64,000 nt of DNA from Rhizomicrobium sp. (GTDB lineage Bacteria; Pseudomonadota; Alphaproteobacteria; Micropepsales; Micropepsaceae). The DNA lies in NCBI GenBank assembly GCA_035570795.1, contig DATMKZ010000044.1, positions 282 through 64,281 of the forward strand. Direction: 5' to 3'. Of this stretch, positions 17,202-27,187 are shown piece by piece (the stretch's first letter is position 1; the number at the start of each line of letters is the position of its first letter). The notes under the pieces were generated by a model. That model saw only the letters and a list, made by a program, of their open reading frames with translations. It was not told the origin of the DNA and did no database searches. Made by a program: the position numbers and the translations under genes.

Positions 17202-18211
17202 TATTCGGCGTCCTCCGCCTCATAGCCGACCAGCGACAGGGCCCGCGCCGAAATGTCGTTGAGCCCCGCCCAGCGCAGCAAGGCTTCCTCCTCGCCATGC
17301 GTGATCCACAATTCCTGCGGCCGCAGCTCGCTGGCCGTCGCGGTGAGCTCGTCCCAGTCGGCGTGGTCGGAAAGGATCAGCGGCAGCTCGACGCCGCCCT
17401 GGCGGGCGCGAGCCCGCACCCGCATCCAGCCTGAGGCGAAACAAAGGACGGGATCGGGAAAGCGCCGCGACCAGCGGTCCTGGGTCGCGGACGGCGGCGC
17501 GATGACGATGGCGCCGGCGAAATCCTTTTTCGCGCCGGTGGTGGCAGGCGCCAGCGGCCCGAGCTTCACGCCGAAGGATTCGTACAGCGCGTTGAGCTTC
17601 TCCAGCGCGCCATGGACGTAGATCGGCCGGTCGTAGCCGGCTTCGCGCAGCAGGCAGAGGATCCTTTGTGCTTTGCCGAGGGCATAGGCGCCGACGAGGT
17701 GCGCGCGCTGCGGAAACTGCGCCGCCGATTTCAGCAGCTTGGCGATCTCATCGCCGTCGGGCGGATGGCGGAAGACTGGCAGGCCGAAGGTCGCCTCGGA
17801 AATGAAGACGTCGCATGGGACGGGCTCGAAGGCGGCGCAGGTGGGATCGCGGCGCCGCTTGTAATCGCCGGAAACCGCCATGGTCAGGCCCTTCCCGCGC
17901 ACCACCGCCTGCGCCGAGCCGAGGATGTGACCGGCGGGCACCAGCGTGACGCTGGCATCTTTCTGCTTGACCGTCTTGCCATAGGCCAACGGCTGGGTCG
18001 CGCCGGCGAAGGCCTCGCCATAGCGCGACGCCATGATGGCGAGCGTCTCTGGCGTCGCCAGCACGGCGCCGTGGCCGGCGCGGGCATGATCGGCATGGCC
18101 ATGGGTGATGACGGCCCGTTCGACGGGGCGGACCGGGTCTATGTAGAAGTCGCCCGGCGGACAATAAAGTCCGGCCGGCGTCGGCCGCAGCAGCGCTTCG
18201 GGTTTGACCAT
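17201..18211 (-). CDS. Ligase-associated DNA damage response exonuclease (metallo-beta-lactamase/beta-CASP)
   Basis: THGHADH, AGHILGS, SGDYK, SEATFG and LSDHADW. Stop overlaps the ligase start. Confidence 0.92.
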   Translation of the reverse strand: MVKPEALLRPTPAGLYCPPGDFYIDPVRPVERAVITHGHADHARAGHGAVLATPETLAIMASRYGEAFAGATQPLAYGKTVKQKDASVTLVPAGHILGSAQAVVRGKGLTMAVSGDYKRRRDPTCAAFEPVPCDVFISEATFGLPVFRHPPDGDEIAKLLKSAAQFPQRAHLVGAYALGKAQRILCLLREAGYDRPIYVHGALEKLNALYESFGVKLGPLAPATTGAKKDFAGAIVIAPPSATQDRWSRRFPDPVLCFASGWMRVRARARQGGVELPLILSDHADWDELTATASELRPQELWITHGEEEALLRWAGLNDISARALSLVGYEAEDAE

Positions 18212-18250
18212 GCGCGGAGTGTAACGCGCCCGGCCGCCTTGCGTATCCGC

Positions 18251-19558
18251 CTAGTCGACGTTGGCGAGCGCGTAGCGCGGCGACAGGATATGCACCACCA
18301 GCAGCGCCAGGGCATAGGCCGCCGCCGCCACGACGAAGATCGGCGTGTAGGTGCCGAGCGACTGCAGCACCCAGCCGGTGTATTTGGCCATCAGCATGCC
18401 GCCGATGGCGCCGACGGTGCCGCCGATGCCGATCACCGAGGCCACCGCGGCGCGCGGGAAGACGTCGGACGGCAGGGTGTAGAGATTGGCGGAGAAAGAC
18501 TGGTGCGCCGCGGTCGCGACACCGAGGATGCCGACCGCCAGCCACAGATTGTCGGCGCGCATGGCGAAGACGATGGGCAGGATGGCGAAGCAGGAGACCA
18601 GCATGGTCAGCTTGCGCGCGGCGTTGATCGAAAAGCCCATCTTGATCAGCTGCGACGACAACCAGCCGCCGGCGACGCTGCCGATGTCGGACATGATGTA
18701 GACCGCCACCACGGGCGGGCCGAAGGATTTGAGGTCGAGGTGGTAGCGATCGGCGAAGAAGCCGGGCAGCCAGAACAGGTACATCCACCAGATCGGATCG
18801 ATCAGGAACTTGGCGATGGCGTAGGCCCAGGTCTCGCGCACGCGCAGCAGGCGCAGCCAGGGGATGTGGGCGTGCGCCTCGGCGTCGGGCGGGTCGCTTT
18901 CGATGAAGGCGAGCTCGCCCGGCGTCACATGCTTGCTGTCGCGCGGGCTGGTGTAAGTGCGCAGCCAGACGACCAGCCATATGAGGCTGAACGAGCCGGT
19001 TATGACGAAGGCGGCACGCCAGCCGAAAGCGATGACGATGTAAGGCACGATGAGCGGCGTGATGATGGCGCCGATGCCCGAGCCGGCGTTGAAGATGGAG
19101 GTGGCGAGGGCCCGTTCGCTCTTGGGAAACCATTCGGCGACGGCCTTGATGCCGGCCGGGAAATTGCCGGATTCGCCGACGCCGAGACCGACGCGCACCA
19201 TTGTAAAGCCGAACACGGTGCGCACTGCGGCGTGCGCGATATGGGCGACGGTCCAGATGACGATGGCGCCGGCGAAGCCGAGGCGGGCGCCGATCTTGTC
19301 GATCAGCCGGCCGAAGCCGAGATAGCCCACGGCATAAGCGGCCTGGAACCAGAACACGATGTCGGCATATTGCAGCTCGTTCCAGCCCAGATCGTGCTGC
19401 AGGGTGGGCTTGAGCACGCCCAGAATCTGGCGGTCGACATAGTTGATGGCGGTGGCGGCGAACAGCAGGCCGCAGATCATCCAGCGATAGGAGCCGGCAC
19501 GCCGGGCGGCGGCCGCGACCACCTCGTCCTTCGAAACCGGAGGCGTTTGCACGTTCAT
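18251..19558 (-). CDS. exuT: MFS hexuronate transporter (ExuT-like)
   Basis: INYVDRQ, GESGNFPAGIKAVAEWFP, ATSIFNAGS, DPIWWMYLFWLP and AAHQSFSAN are ExuT-family motifs. Confidence 0.85.
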   Translation of the reverse strand: MNVQTPPVSKDEVVAAAARRAGSYRWMICGLLFAATAINYVDRQILGVLKPTLQHDLGWNELQYADIVFWFQAAYAVGYLGFGRLIDKIGARLGFAGAIVIWTVAHIAHAAVRTVFGFTMVRVGLGVGESGNFPAGIKAVAEWFPKSERALATSIFNAGSGIGAIITPLIVPYIVIAFGWRAAFVITGSFSLIWLVVWLRTYTSPRDSKHVTPGELAFIESDPPDAEAHAHIPWLRLLRVRETWAYAIAKFLIDPIWWMYLFWLPGFFADRYHLDLKSFGPPVVAVYIMSDIGSVAGGWLSSQLIKMGFSINAARKLTMLVSCFAILPIVFAMRADNLWLAVGILGVATAAHQSFSANLYTLPSDVFPRAAVASVIGIGGTVGAIGGMLMAKYTGWVLQSLGTYTPIFVVAAAAYALALLVVHILSPRYALANVD

Positions 19559-19642
19559 CGGCCAGATCCTTCCAGACGGCAGCGCGCCGCCTCCCGAATT
19601 ATTCTTGGTCTTGCGCCGCGCCTCGTTGGACGCGGCAGATCG

Positions 19643-20470
19643 TCAGGCGCGCGCCGCGCGCGAAATCTCGGCCTTCGCGGTCGCGGCCTCGGCAGCCACC
19701 GCGACGCATTCAATCGCACCCAGTGCGCCGAAGTCCACACGGGCGCGCTGGCCGGACGCGATATCGTGGATGCCGGTCGCGGCGCCGGTCGAGATCAGCT
19801 GGCCCGCTTTCAGCGGCCGGCCGCGGCGCGCGCAATGTTCGAGCAGGAAGCGCAGCGCTTCGAGCGGACCGCCGGGCAGGTCGGAGGCGGCGCCCCGGCC
19901 GACCGATTTGCCTTCGATGAAGCTTTCGCAGGTCAGCGCGCTGTCGGCGCGAGAACGCCAGTCGGGCACGCGGGGTCCCAGGATCAGCCCCGCATTGTTG
20001 CCGAAATCGGTGATGACGACCGTGGGACCCAGTTCGTTGATGGTGGCGAGCGGGCTGCCGGCGGTCTCAATGCCGACATGCATGTCGCCGGCGAGGGCCC
20101 GGGCCTCGTCCAGGCTCCAGTCGAGCTTGGCGGCGGGGGCGTCCTGGCCGAGCGCGAAGACGAACTCCGCCTCGATCGCGGCAAAACCGCCCTTGAAGAC
20201 CGGGAACGGGACGGGCTCGCGGCCGGCCGCGCGGCGAACCGCCCCTCGGAAGATCGGGCCGGCCAGGCGCGTGCGCCCGAAACGGTCCTCGAAATCGGGG
20301 CCGACACGGCCGATTTTCCAGCCGGCGATCTCGTCCGGATACAGCGCGATGGCAGCGTCCTGGTGATGGTAACCGGTAGCCAAATCCGGCGGCACGATGC
20401 CGGGAAAGGCAGCCAGGGACTGCGCGGCAAGCCGCGCCTGAACGAACTGCCGCGCGATCGTGTCTGTCAA
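19643..20470 (-). CDS. 2-keto-4-pentenoate hydratase-like protein (FAH superfamily)
   Basis: WKIG, IEAEFVF, GIETAGSP, TDFGNNAG and ISTGAATGIH. TTG start. Confidence 0.75.
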   Translation of the reverse strand: MTDTIARQFVQARLAAQSLAAFPGIVPPDLATGYHHQDAAIALYPDEIAGWKIGRVGPDFEDRFGRTRLAGPIFRGAVRRAAGREPVPFPVFKGGFAAIEAEFVFALGQDAPAAKLDWSLDEARALAGDMHVGIETAGSPLATINELGPTVVITDFGNNAGLILGPRVPDWRSRADSALTCESFIEGKSVGRGAASDLPGGPLEALRFLLEHCARRGRPLKAGQLISTGAATGIHDIASGQRARVDFGALGAIECVAVAAEAATAKAEISRAARA

Positions 20471-20559
20471 AATACTCCGCTCCGCGCAGTTGTTTCCCCC
20501 CGCGTCCGGCCCTTAGGACGGCGGACCACGCTTTTTGGCGCGGCTGCGTTGTGTCTAGA

Positions 20560-20573
20560 GGAAACCGGTGTCA
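20560..20573. promoter_or_regulatory. LacI-type operator copy 1 (GGAAACCGGTGTCA)
   Basis: 12/14 match to TGACACCGGTGTCA, in the divergent hydratase/pectate lyase intergenic region. Confidence 0.75.
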
Positions 20574-20651
20574 TTTTCAATCGACGGGTAGGCGCAAGGC
20601 GTCCGGTACCGGCCGGAATGGGGCAGGCTGGCCTGCGGAGAAGAAAACAGG

Positions 20652-22064
20652 ATGGAAACAGTGACCAGGACATTCGGATTTGGCCTTGCCCTGATGGGCA
20701 TAGTGATCGTGGGAACCGCGGCTGCGGCGATGAAGCCGCATGGCGGGCCCGTGGCGGCGCGGCTGGCGCCGCTGGCGCCGCTGGCCAAGCCGGCCGCGGA
20801 TCTGGCGCCGCTCGCCTTTCCCGGCGCGCTCGGCTGGGCGGCGCACACGCCGGGCGGCCGCGGCGGCCAGATCATCAAGGTGACGACGCTGAACCCGGAC
20901 GGACCGGGCTCCTTCCTCGCCGCGCTGCGCACGGCCGGGCCGCGCATCGTGGTGTTCGAGGTCGGCGGCGTGATCGACCTCGGTGCCAGCGAGGTCAAGA
21001 TCACCGAGCCGTTCCTGACGGTCGCCGGCCAGACCGCGCCGTCGCCGGGCATCACTTTCATCCGCGGCGGCTTCGACATCGGCGCGCACGACGTCGTCAT
21101 CCAGCACATCCGGGTGCGCGTCGGCGATGCCGGCAAGCCGAAGAAGAGCGGCTGGGAGCAGGACGCGATCTCGACGACCGGCGGTGCCTACAACGTGATC
21201 GTCGATCACTGCACCGAGACCTGGGCGACCGACGAGAACGGCTCGATGTCGGGCGGCCGCTTCCAGGGCGACGATCCGGCGGTGTGGCGGGCGCACACCT
21301 CGCACGCCATCACCTTCAGCAACGACATCATCGCCGAAGGCCTCGCCTATGCGACGCACTATAAGATCGAGCACTCCAAAGGCTCGCTGATCCACGACAA
21401 CGCGACCGACATCCTGATCGTGGACAATCTCTACGCCCACAATTACGAGCGCAATCCGCTGTTCAAGGGCGGCGTCCACGGCGTGATCGTCAACAACCTG
21501 ATCTTCGATCCCGGCCAGCGCATCGTGCATTACAACCTGATGGCCGAGGAATGGGGCACGCATCCCTGGCAGGTCGGCGAGATGAGCGCGGTCGGCAACG
21601 TCGCGCGGGCGGGCCTGTCGACCGTGGCGCATATCGCGTTCCTCGAGCTCGGCGGCTATGGCGATCTCGAATATTACGGCAAGGACAATGTCGCCGTGGA
21701 CCAGATCGGCAATCCCTTGCCGATGTTCGGCCGCTACACCACCGCGCCGGCCAAGATCATCATGATGGCCAAGCCGCCGCTGTGGCCGGACGGGCTGACG
21801 GCGATGCCCTCCAGCGCGGTGCAGCAATATGTGCTGCACAATGCGGGCGCGCGGCCGTGGGACCGCGACTACGACGACGTGCGGCTGATCGCCGACGTCG
21901 CCGAAGGCCGCGGCATCGTCATCAACAGTCAGGACGACATCCACGGCTATCCGGTGCAGAAGCCGACGGCGCGGCCCTTCAATCCGGCCGACTGGAACCT
22001 GTTCGACATGACGCCGAAGACGCCGGCGGCGCTGGATTCGTCGCAGCACGCGCACGGGACTTAG
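20652..22064 (+). CDS. Secreted pectate lyase (PL1-like)
   Basis: Signal peptide, AFPGALGWAAHTPGGRGG, QDAI, IVDHC..WATDE and HNYERNP (RxP). Confidence 0.85.
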   Translation: METVTRTFGFGLALMGIVIVGTAAAAMKPHGGPVAARLAPLAPLAKPAADLAPLAFPGALGWAAHTPGGRGGQIIKVTTLNPDGPGSFLAALRTAGPRIVVFEVGGVIDLGASEVKITEPFLTVAGQTAPSPGITFIRGGFDIGAHDVVIQHIRVRVGDAGKPKKSGWEQDAISTTGGAYNVIVDHCTETWATDENGSMSGGRFQGDDPAVWRAHTSHAITFSNDIIAEGLAYATHYKIEHSKGSLIHDNATDILIVDNLYAHNYERNPLFKGGVHGVIVNNLIFDPGQRIVHYNLMAEEWGTHPWQVGEMSAVGNVARAGLSTVAHIAFLELGGYGDLEYYGKDNVAVDQIGNPLPMFGRYTTAPAKIIMMAKPPLWPDGLTAMPSSAVQQYVLHNAGARPWDRDYDDVRLIADVAEGRGIVINSQDDIHGYPVQKPTARPFNPADWNLFDMTPKTPAALDSSQHAHGT

Positions 22065-22108
22065 AGCATGATCGCACGCTGAAGTATGCTTCACACGATT
22101 GCGCTTTA
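22062..22108. repeat. Short TAGAGC-type palindromic element between convergent genes
   Basis: TAGAGCATGATCG..TGAAG-TATG-CTTCA..CGATTGCGCTTTA; both ends coincide with the stop codons of the flanking genes. Confidence 0.55.
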
Positions 22109-23650
22109 GAGCGCGGCGTAGCGGAAGTTCCTGAATCGCGCCTCGCCGCTGCCGGCGGCGTAGAGGGCGGGGCGCAGGCTGAGGAAATCGCCGGCGACGT
22201 TGTGGTGGTAGCCGGAGACTTCCATCTGGACGCCGAACTTGGTCCAGGCGGCGCCGTCCACGCTGTGGTGCAGCGTGACGATGTGGTTGTCGTTGGCGAG
22301 GCGCAGGAAGAGCCGGTTGCCGCTGAGCGCCGGCGTCGCCTGGCGCCGCTCCAGGCCGTAGCGGTGCAGGACCAAGCCGTTCGCGTCGAAGCCGAGGCCG
22401 GCATAGAGCCTGCGGCTGTAGAACAGGATGAGGCCGGCGCCAGCGCCCGGGCCAATCTCGATCTCGACCTCGCAAACATAGGCGCGGTCGCCGGCGACGC
22501 AGGCGAGTGGCGAGCTATCGCGCGGCGCGGTGCCCTTGCCGGCGAGGACCAGCGCGCCGTTGTCGAGCCGCGCCCGCAGGCGTTCGCTTGGCGCCGGATC
22601 GTAGAACGACCAGCGCGTGCCGAACGCATCGCGCGTGAAATCGTCCGACAGGGCAAGGCCGTGCGGCAGGCGCACGCCGCGCGGCTTGGGCAGCGGTTTT
22701 GCGATGTCGGCGGGCCTGGCGCGGAACCAGCCGTCCGGCGTCCAGGCGACCGGCGACAGCAGCGCCTGGCGCCCCAGCGTCCAGAAGCCGTTCTCGTAGC
22801 CGTGATGCATCAGCCACCAGCTGTGGTCGGCGGCCTCGACCAGCGTCGCATGGCCGCGCGACCACCAGCGTTCGGCCTTGCTCCTGGTGCGCACCACGGG
22901 ATTGAACGGCGAATTCTCCCACGGGCCGTGGATCGAGCGCGCCCGCGCCGAGACCACCATATGGCCGGTCGGCGGCCCGGCCGTGCCGCCCTCGGCCAGC
23001 GTCATGTAGAACCAGCCGTCCCGCGCCGACATCTTCGGCCCTTCCTGGCTGAAGCTCTCGACGTCCCAGCTCTGCGGATAGCGCCAGCCGTCATAGACGT
23101 GCTCGACCGGCCCGTCGGCCGAGAGGCCGTCGGCTGCGAGGCGCACGCGGTCGCCGCCCGACAGGAACAGGTAGCGCCGTCCGTCCTCGCCGACGACATG
23201 GCCGGGATCGATGCGCGCGACGCCGAGATCGACAGGCTCGCTCCATGGGCCGGCGATGCCGTCGGCATGGATGACAAAGATCGACTGTCGCTCGGCGGTG
23301 CGCGCCGGAAAGTAGATGTAGAAGCGGCCGGCATGCGCGACGAGGTCCGGCGCCCACACCGAACCGACCGGCTTGAACAGCGTCGGTCCCAGCGGCTGCC
23401 AGCTCACCAGGTCGCGCGAATGCCACAACACGAGGCCGGGATAGGATTCGAACGACGAGAACGTCATGTAGTAGTCGCCGCCGACGCGCAGCACGGAGGG
23501 GTCGGGATGATCGCCGGCCAGCACGGGGTTGAGGAATTTGCCGTTGCCGAGGTCGGGCTGGCGCTGGCCCTCGAGGCCGCGTGCCGAGGCCAGGGCGGGC
23601 AGCGCCAGCGCGGCGGCACCGAGCGCGTCGCGGCGCGTCAGGCCCGTCAT
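22106..23650 (-). CDS. GH43 glycoside hydrolase (beta-xylosidase/arabinofuranosidase-like), Tat-exported
   Basis: TRRDALG Tat motif; catalytic trio in DHPDPS, IDPG and EGPK; C-terminal beta-sandwich. Confidence 0.9.
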   Translation of the reverse strand: MTGLTRRDALGAAALALPALASARGLEGQRQPDLGNGKFLNPVLAGDHPDPSVLRVGGDYYMTFSSFESYPGLVLWHSRDLVSWQPLGPTLFKPVGSVWAPDLVAHAGRFYIYFPARTAERQSIFVIHADGIAGPWSEPVDLGVARIDPGHVVGEDGRRYLFLSGGDRVRLAADGLSADGPVEHVYDGWRYPQSWDVESFSQEGPKMSARDGWFYMTLAEGGTAGPPTGHMVVSARARSIHGPWENSPFNPVVRTRSKAERWWSRGHATLVEAADHSWWLMHHGYENGFWTLGRQALLSPVAWTPDGWFRARPADIAKPLPKPRGVRLPHGLALSDDFTRDAFGTRWSFYDPAPSERLRARLDNGALVLAGKGTAPRDSSPLACVAGDRAYVCEVEIEIGPGAGAGLILFYSRRLYAGLGFDANGLVLHRYGLERRQATPALSGNRLFLRLANDNHIVTLHHSVDGAAWTKFGVQMEVSGYHHNVAGDFLSLRPALYAAGSGEARFRNFRYAAL

Positions 23651-25116
23651 CGGCCGTCGTCCGGCAAGCGTCCCGTGTCGCCGATCCGGTCATAGGACTG
23701 GGCCAGCGCGGCGACGATGCGCGGCTCGCCGGCGAGATCGCGCGGGAACATCGCTTCGAGCGAAAGAAACAGAGCGACGTCGTGGGCGCCGTCGCCGCTG
23801 CAGCGCTGCGCGATCCGCTGCAGCGGCGCCGCCAGCGGATCGACCAGTTCGATTCCTTGCTGCGTCTGGCGGCGGACGAAACGCATCCAGGCGGCGATGG
23901 CGAGGCAAAGCCGCGCGATCGGCCGGCCGGCGGCGAGCGCTTCGCCGAGGACGCCGAACAGTCGGTAGGGCAGCTTCTGCGAGCCGTCCCAGGCGATCTG
24001 GCCCAGATGGTGGGTGATGGCGGGATTGGCGATGCGTTCCAGCACCGTGTCGATATAGCGGGCGACGTCGAAGCCGGACGGCGGCTTCAGCGACGGCGCG
24101 ATGTCGACCGTCATCAGTTCGCGCACGAAGGCGGCCAGCGCAGTATCCTGCATCGCATCGCGCGTGGCGCGCCGGCCGCGCAGCAGGCCGAGATAGGCGA
24201 GCGTCGAATGGGCGCCGTTGAGGAGGCGCAGCTTGGCCTGCTCGTAGCCCGCGACGTCGCGCGTCAGCGTCACGCCGGCGCGGCTCCAGTCGGGACCGAG
24301 CGCGCCGGGCAGGTCCTCCATCACCCATTGCACGAAGGGCTCGCGCTGCACCGGCACCATGTCGACGGCGCCGATATGGAGCGCGACGCGGGCTTTCAGC
24401 GCTTCGTCGGAGGCCGGCGTGATGCTGTCGACCATGGTGGAGACAAAGCGCGCCTCGCTCTCGATCCAGCGCGCCAGCTCCTTGTCGCGGGCGGCGGCGA
24501 ACTGCATGACGGCGCGTTTGAGGCGCGCGCCATTGTCCGCGACATTGTCGCAAGGGATCATCGTGAAGGGCGGCAGCGCGGCGCGGCGCCGGTGCGACAG
24601 CGCCTCGACCAGCCAGCCGATGACGCTGGCGGGCGCGCGGGGATTGGCGAGGTCGTGCGCGATCTCCTCGCGCGCCGTGTCGAGGTCGCCGCCGCGCGTC
24701 AGGCAATAACCGTTCTCGGTCACCGTCATGGTGACGACGCGCACCGCCGGCGCCAGCAGGCGCGCCAGCACGGCCTGCGGATAGGTGCGCGCCGCGATCG
24801 CCTCGCGCACCGAACCGATGACGCGAAATCGCGGCTCGGCGCTCAGTTCGGCGATGGTGTAGAGGCCGTCCTGGGCCGTCAGCGCCTCGGTGACGCTGGT
24901 GCCGCGCAAGGCGACGTCGCAGATCGCCCAGCGCGCATCGCCGCGCAGCAGGCGGTCGACATAGAAGGCCTGGTGGGCGCGGTGAAAGGCGCCCGGTCCG
25001 AAATGGACGATACCGATGTCGAGCGCCTTGCGGTCGTAGTCCGGCAGGGCCACGCCGGCCGCGGCATGGCGGAGCGTGGCAGCGCTCAGCCGCTCGAAGG
25101 GACGCGTCGGGCTCAT
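23647..25116 (-). CDS. Mannitol dehydrogenase family uronate reductase (UxuB/UxaB-like)
   Basis: HFGPGAFHRAHQA, TVTENGY, CDN, MVDSITP, EPFVQWV, KLRLLNGAHS and DGSQKLP. Confidence 0.9.
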   Translation of the reverse strand: MSPTRPFERLSAATLRHAAAGVALPDYDRKALDIGIVHFGPGAFHRAHQAFYVDRLLRGDARWAICDVALRGTSVTEALTAQDGLYTIAELSAEPRFRVIGSVREAIAARTYPQAVLARLLAPAVRVVTMTVTENGYCLTRGGDLDTAREEIAHDLANPRAPASVIGWLVEALSHRRRAALPPFTMIPCDNVADNGARLKRAVMQFAAARDKELARWIESEARFVSTMVDSITPASDEALKARVALHIGAVDMVPVQREPFVQWVMEDLPGALGPDWSRAGVTLTRDVAGYEQAKLRLLNGAHSTLAYLGLLRGRRATRDAMQDTALAAFVRELMTVDIAPSLKPPSGFDVARYIDTVLERIANPAITHHLGQIAWDGSQKLPYRLFGVLGEALAAGRPIARLCLAIAAWMRFVRRQTQQGIELVDPLAAPLQRIAQRCSGDGAHDVALFLSLEAMFPRDLAGEPRIVAALAQSYDRIGDTGRLPDDGR

Positions 25117-25151
25117 GGCCTGAGGATATCGGGTGGGCATCGCCTTGGCAC

Positions 25152-25165
25152 GGTAACCGGTGTCA
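25152..25165. promoter_or_regulatory. LacI-type operator copy 2 (GGTAACCGGTGTCA)
   Basis: 11/14 match to the consensus, between the divergent reductase and LacI genes. Confidence 0.8.
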
Positions 25166-25292
25166 ATCGCGCAATTCTGGCGCAAATCGCAGGCCGCGTC
25201 GAATCCCGCGCATTGTCCCGGCGCGGGGATACGCGTTCTGGCGCAAGCGCGGCGGCGCGGCTAATACAGGGAGGTCTCTTTCTTCTGGTGAT

Positions 25293-26396
25293 TTGGTGAC
25301 ATCGCGAAAGACCGCGCGTGCGCGGCCGCAAGGAACGTCAGACCCGGCCGGCGCGCCCGAAGCCGAGCGCAGCCGCAAGCGCCCGACCATCAACGACATC
25401 GCGCGCCTCGCCAACGTCTCCAAGAAGACGGTGTCGCGCGTCATCAACGATTCGCCCTTCGTGCGCGAGGAGACGCGCGAGAAGATCAGCGCCATCATCA
25501 CCGAGCTCGGCTTCGCGCCCGACCCGCAGGCCCGCGGCCTCGCCTTCCGGCGCTCGTTCCTGATCGGCATGATCTACGACAACCCGACGCCGCAATATGT
25601 CGTCAACATGCAGCAGGGCATCCTCGACGCGATGAAGGGCACGAGCTTCGAACTCGTGATCCGGCCCTGCAACCGCCAGGATCCCAATTTCCTGCAGGAC
25701 ATGCGCGCTTTCATCGAGCGCCAGAAGCTGTTCGGCGTGGTGCTGCCGCCATCGGTGTCGGAAGACGAACGCCTGATCGAGGTGCTCGACGAGATCGACT
25801 GCCCCTATGTGCGCATCGCCTCGATCGCGCTCGACGAGCCGCAGAGCATGGTGGTGACGCACGACAATATCGGCGGCATGGAGGCGGCGCGGCACCTTGT
25901 CAAGCTTGGGCATTCGCGCATCGCGCACATCTCCGGCCCGTCGCTGTTCCGCTCGGCACATGAGCGCCGCCGCGGCTTCGCGGCCGGCCTCGCCGAGGCC
26001 GGCCTGAAGCTGCCACGCGACTACGACCGCGAGGCGGCCTACACCTTCGAGACCGGCGCCGAGAACGCGGCCGCCCTCTTGGCACTGAAGCCGCGGCCGA
26101 CGGCGATCTTTTGCGGCAATGACGAGATGGCCGCCGGCGTCTACAAGGCGGCGCGCGATGCGGGGCTCTCCATTCCCGGCGATATCTCGGTGATCGGCTT
26201 CGACGACAGCGCCATGGCCTCTCGGCTCTATCCGCTGCTGACGTCTGTGCGCCTGCCGATCCACGACATGGGCCAGATGGCGGCGGCGAAACTGATCACG
26301 ACGACGAGCGAGCGGCGCACCCACACCAACGAGAAGACCGAGGTCGTGCCGACCCTGGTGGTGCGCGAATCCACCGGCGTGCCGGGCAAAGCCTAA
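25293..26396 (+). CDS. LacI family transcriptional regulator (hexuronate regulator-like)
   Basis: PTINDIARLANVSKKTVSRVIN HTH, hinge ARGLA, and a sugar-binding domain (FCGNDEMA, VIGFDD). Confidence 0.92.
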   Translation: MVTSRKTARARPQGTSDPAGAPEAERSRKRPTINDIARLANVSKKTVSRVINDSPFVREETREKISAIITELGFAPDPQARGLAFRRSFLIGMIYDNPTPQYVVNMQQGILDAMKGTSFELVIRPCNRQDPNFLQDMRAFIERQKLFGVVLPPSVSEDERLIEVLDEIDCPYVRIASIALDEPQSMVVTHDNIGGMEAARHLVKLGHSRIAHISGPSLFRSAHERRRGFAAGLAEAGLKLPRDYDREAAYTFETGAENAAALLALKPRPTAIFCGNDEMAAGVYKAARDAGLSIPGDISVIGFDDSAMASRLYPLLTSVRLPIHDMGQMAAAKLITTTSERRTHTNEKTEVVPTLVVRESTGVPGKA

Positions 26397-27046
26397 GACG
26401 CGATCTGCGGCTCGTCGCGCTCGAGCCGTGCGGCGACGACGGCGCAGGCCGCGGCATACGCGGCCGCGGGCCAAAGCCCATCCAGGCCCAGATAGGGATA
26501 GGCGACGGCACCGAGAACGGCGCCGCAAATCAGGCCGAACCAGAGCAGCAGATAGGGCAGCCACGCGAAGGGCGCGCCGCCGAGCAGCGCGGCCGCAATC
26601 CCTCGTCCCATCTTTACGAGCGTTCCGGTCATGTAGGTCAGCCCGATCTGGACCTCGCCGTCGCGCTCGAACACGGCGTTCTCGGCGCCCATGGCAAGCG
26701 CCATGGCGGCAATCGCCGCCGGCACGATTCCCATTCTGTTGAGCGCCGCCGCCAGCGCGAGGAGCGTCGCCACCACCAGCAGTACGGCGAGGCGGCGATG
26801 ACCCTTGGCGATATGTCCTATGAACGCGCCGACGATCACCCCGGCGACGAAGCTGCCGATCAGCCCGGCGCCTTCGACGGCCTGCCATGAGCCCTGCGCC
26901 AGAGCGACGGCGAGACGCGTGGAATTGCCGCTCATGAAGGAAACGAAAAAGCCGCCCAGCTTGAGAAAGCCGATCGCATCGACGTAGCCGGCCAAAGCCG
27001 ACAGGAACGCCGCAAGCAATCGCACGCGCCGGTCGAAACGTGTCAT
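26393..27046 (-). CDS. YoaK/DUF1275 family membrane protein
   Basis: AGYVDAIGF..FVSFMSGNS, AMGAENA and TYMTGTL. Confidence 0.85.
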   Translation of the reverse strand: MTRFDRRVRLLAAFLSALAGYVDAIGFLKLGGFFVSFMSGNSTRLAVALAQGSWQAVEGAGLIGSFVAGVIVGAFIGHIAKGHRRLAVLLVVATLLALAAALNRMGIVPAAIAAMALAMGAENAVFERDGEVQIGLTYMTGTLVKMGRGIAAALLGGAPFAWLPYLLLWFGLICGAVLGAVAYPYLGLDGLWPAAAYAAACAVVAARLERDEPQIAS

Positions 27047-27146
27047 CGGGCTTCCTGGCTGGGCCGTGTTCGCTTCATGCGCCGAACGCCGCGCTGAAGC
27101 GATGGCGCATTTCGCGCACGAAGCGCTGCCGGCTTGCACGTTTCGA

Positions 27147-27160
27147 TGACACCGGTTACC
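27147..27160. promoter_or_regulatory. LacI-type operator copy 3 (TGACACCGGTTACC)
   Basis: Exact reverse complement of copy 2, 27 nt before the kduI start. Confidence 0.8.
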
Positions 27161-27187
27161 TAAACGCCGGGAAATGGGAGGACGGCC

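Noticed and set aside
17612-21364. 1250-aa plus-strand ORF
   Set aside because: Spans several well-supported genes in other frames; Arg/Gly-rich shadow composition.
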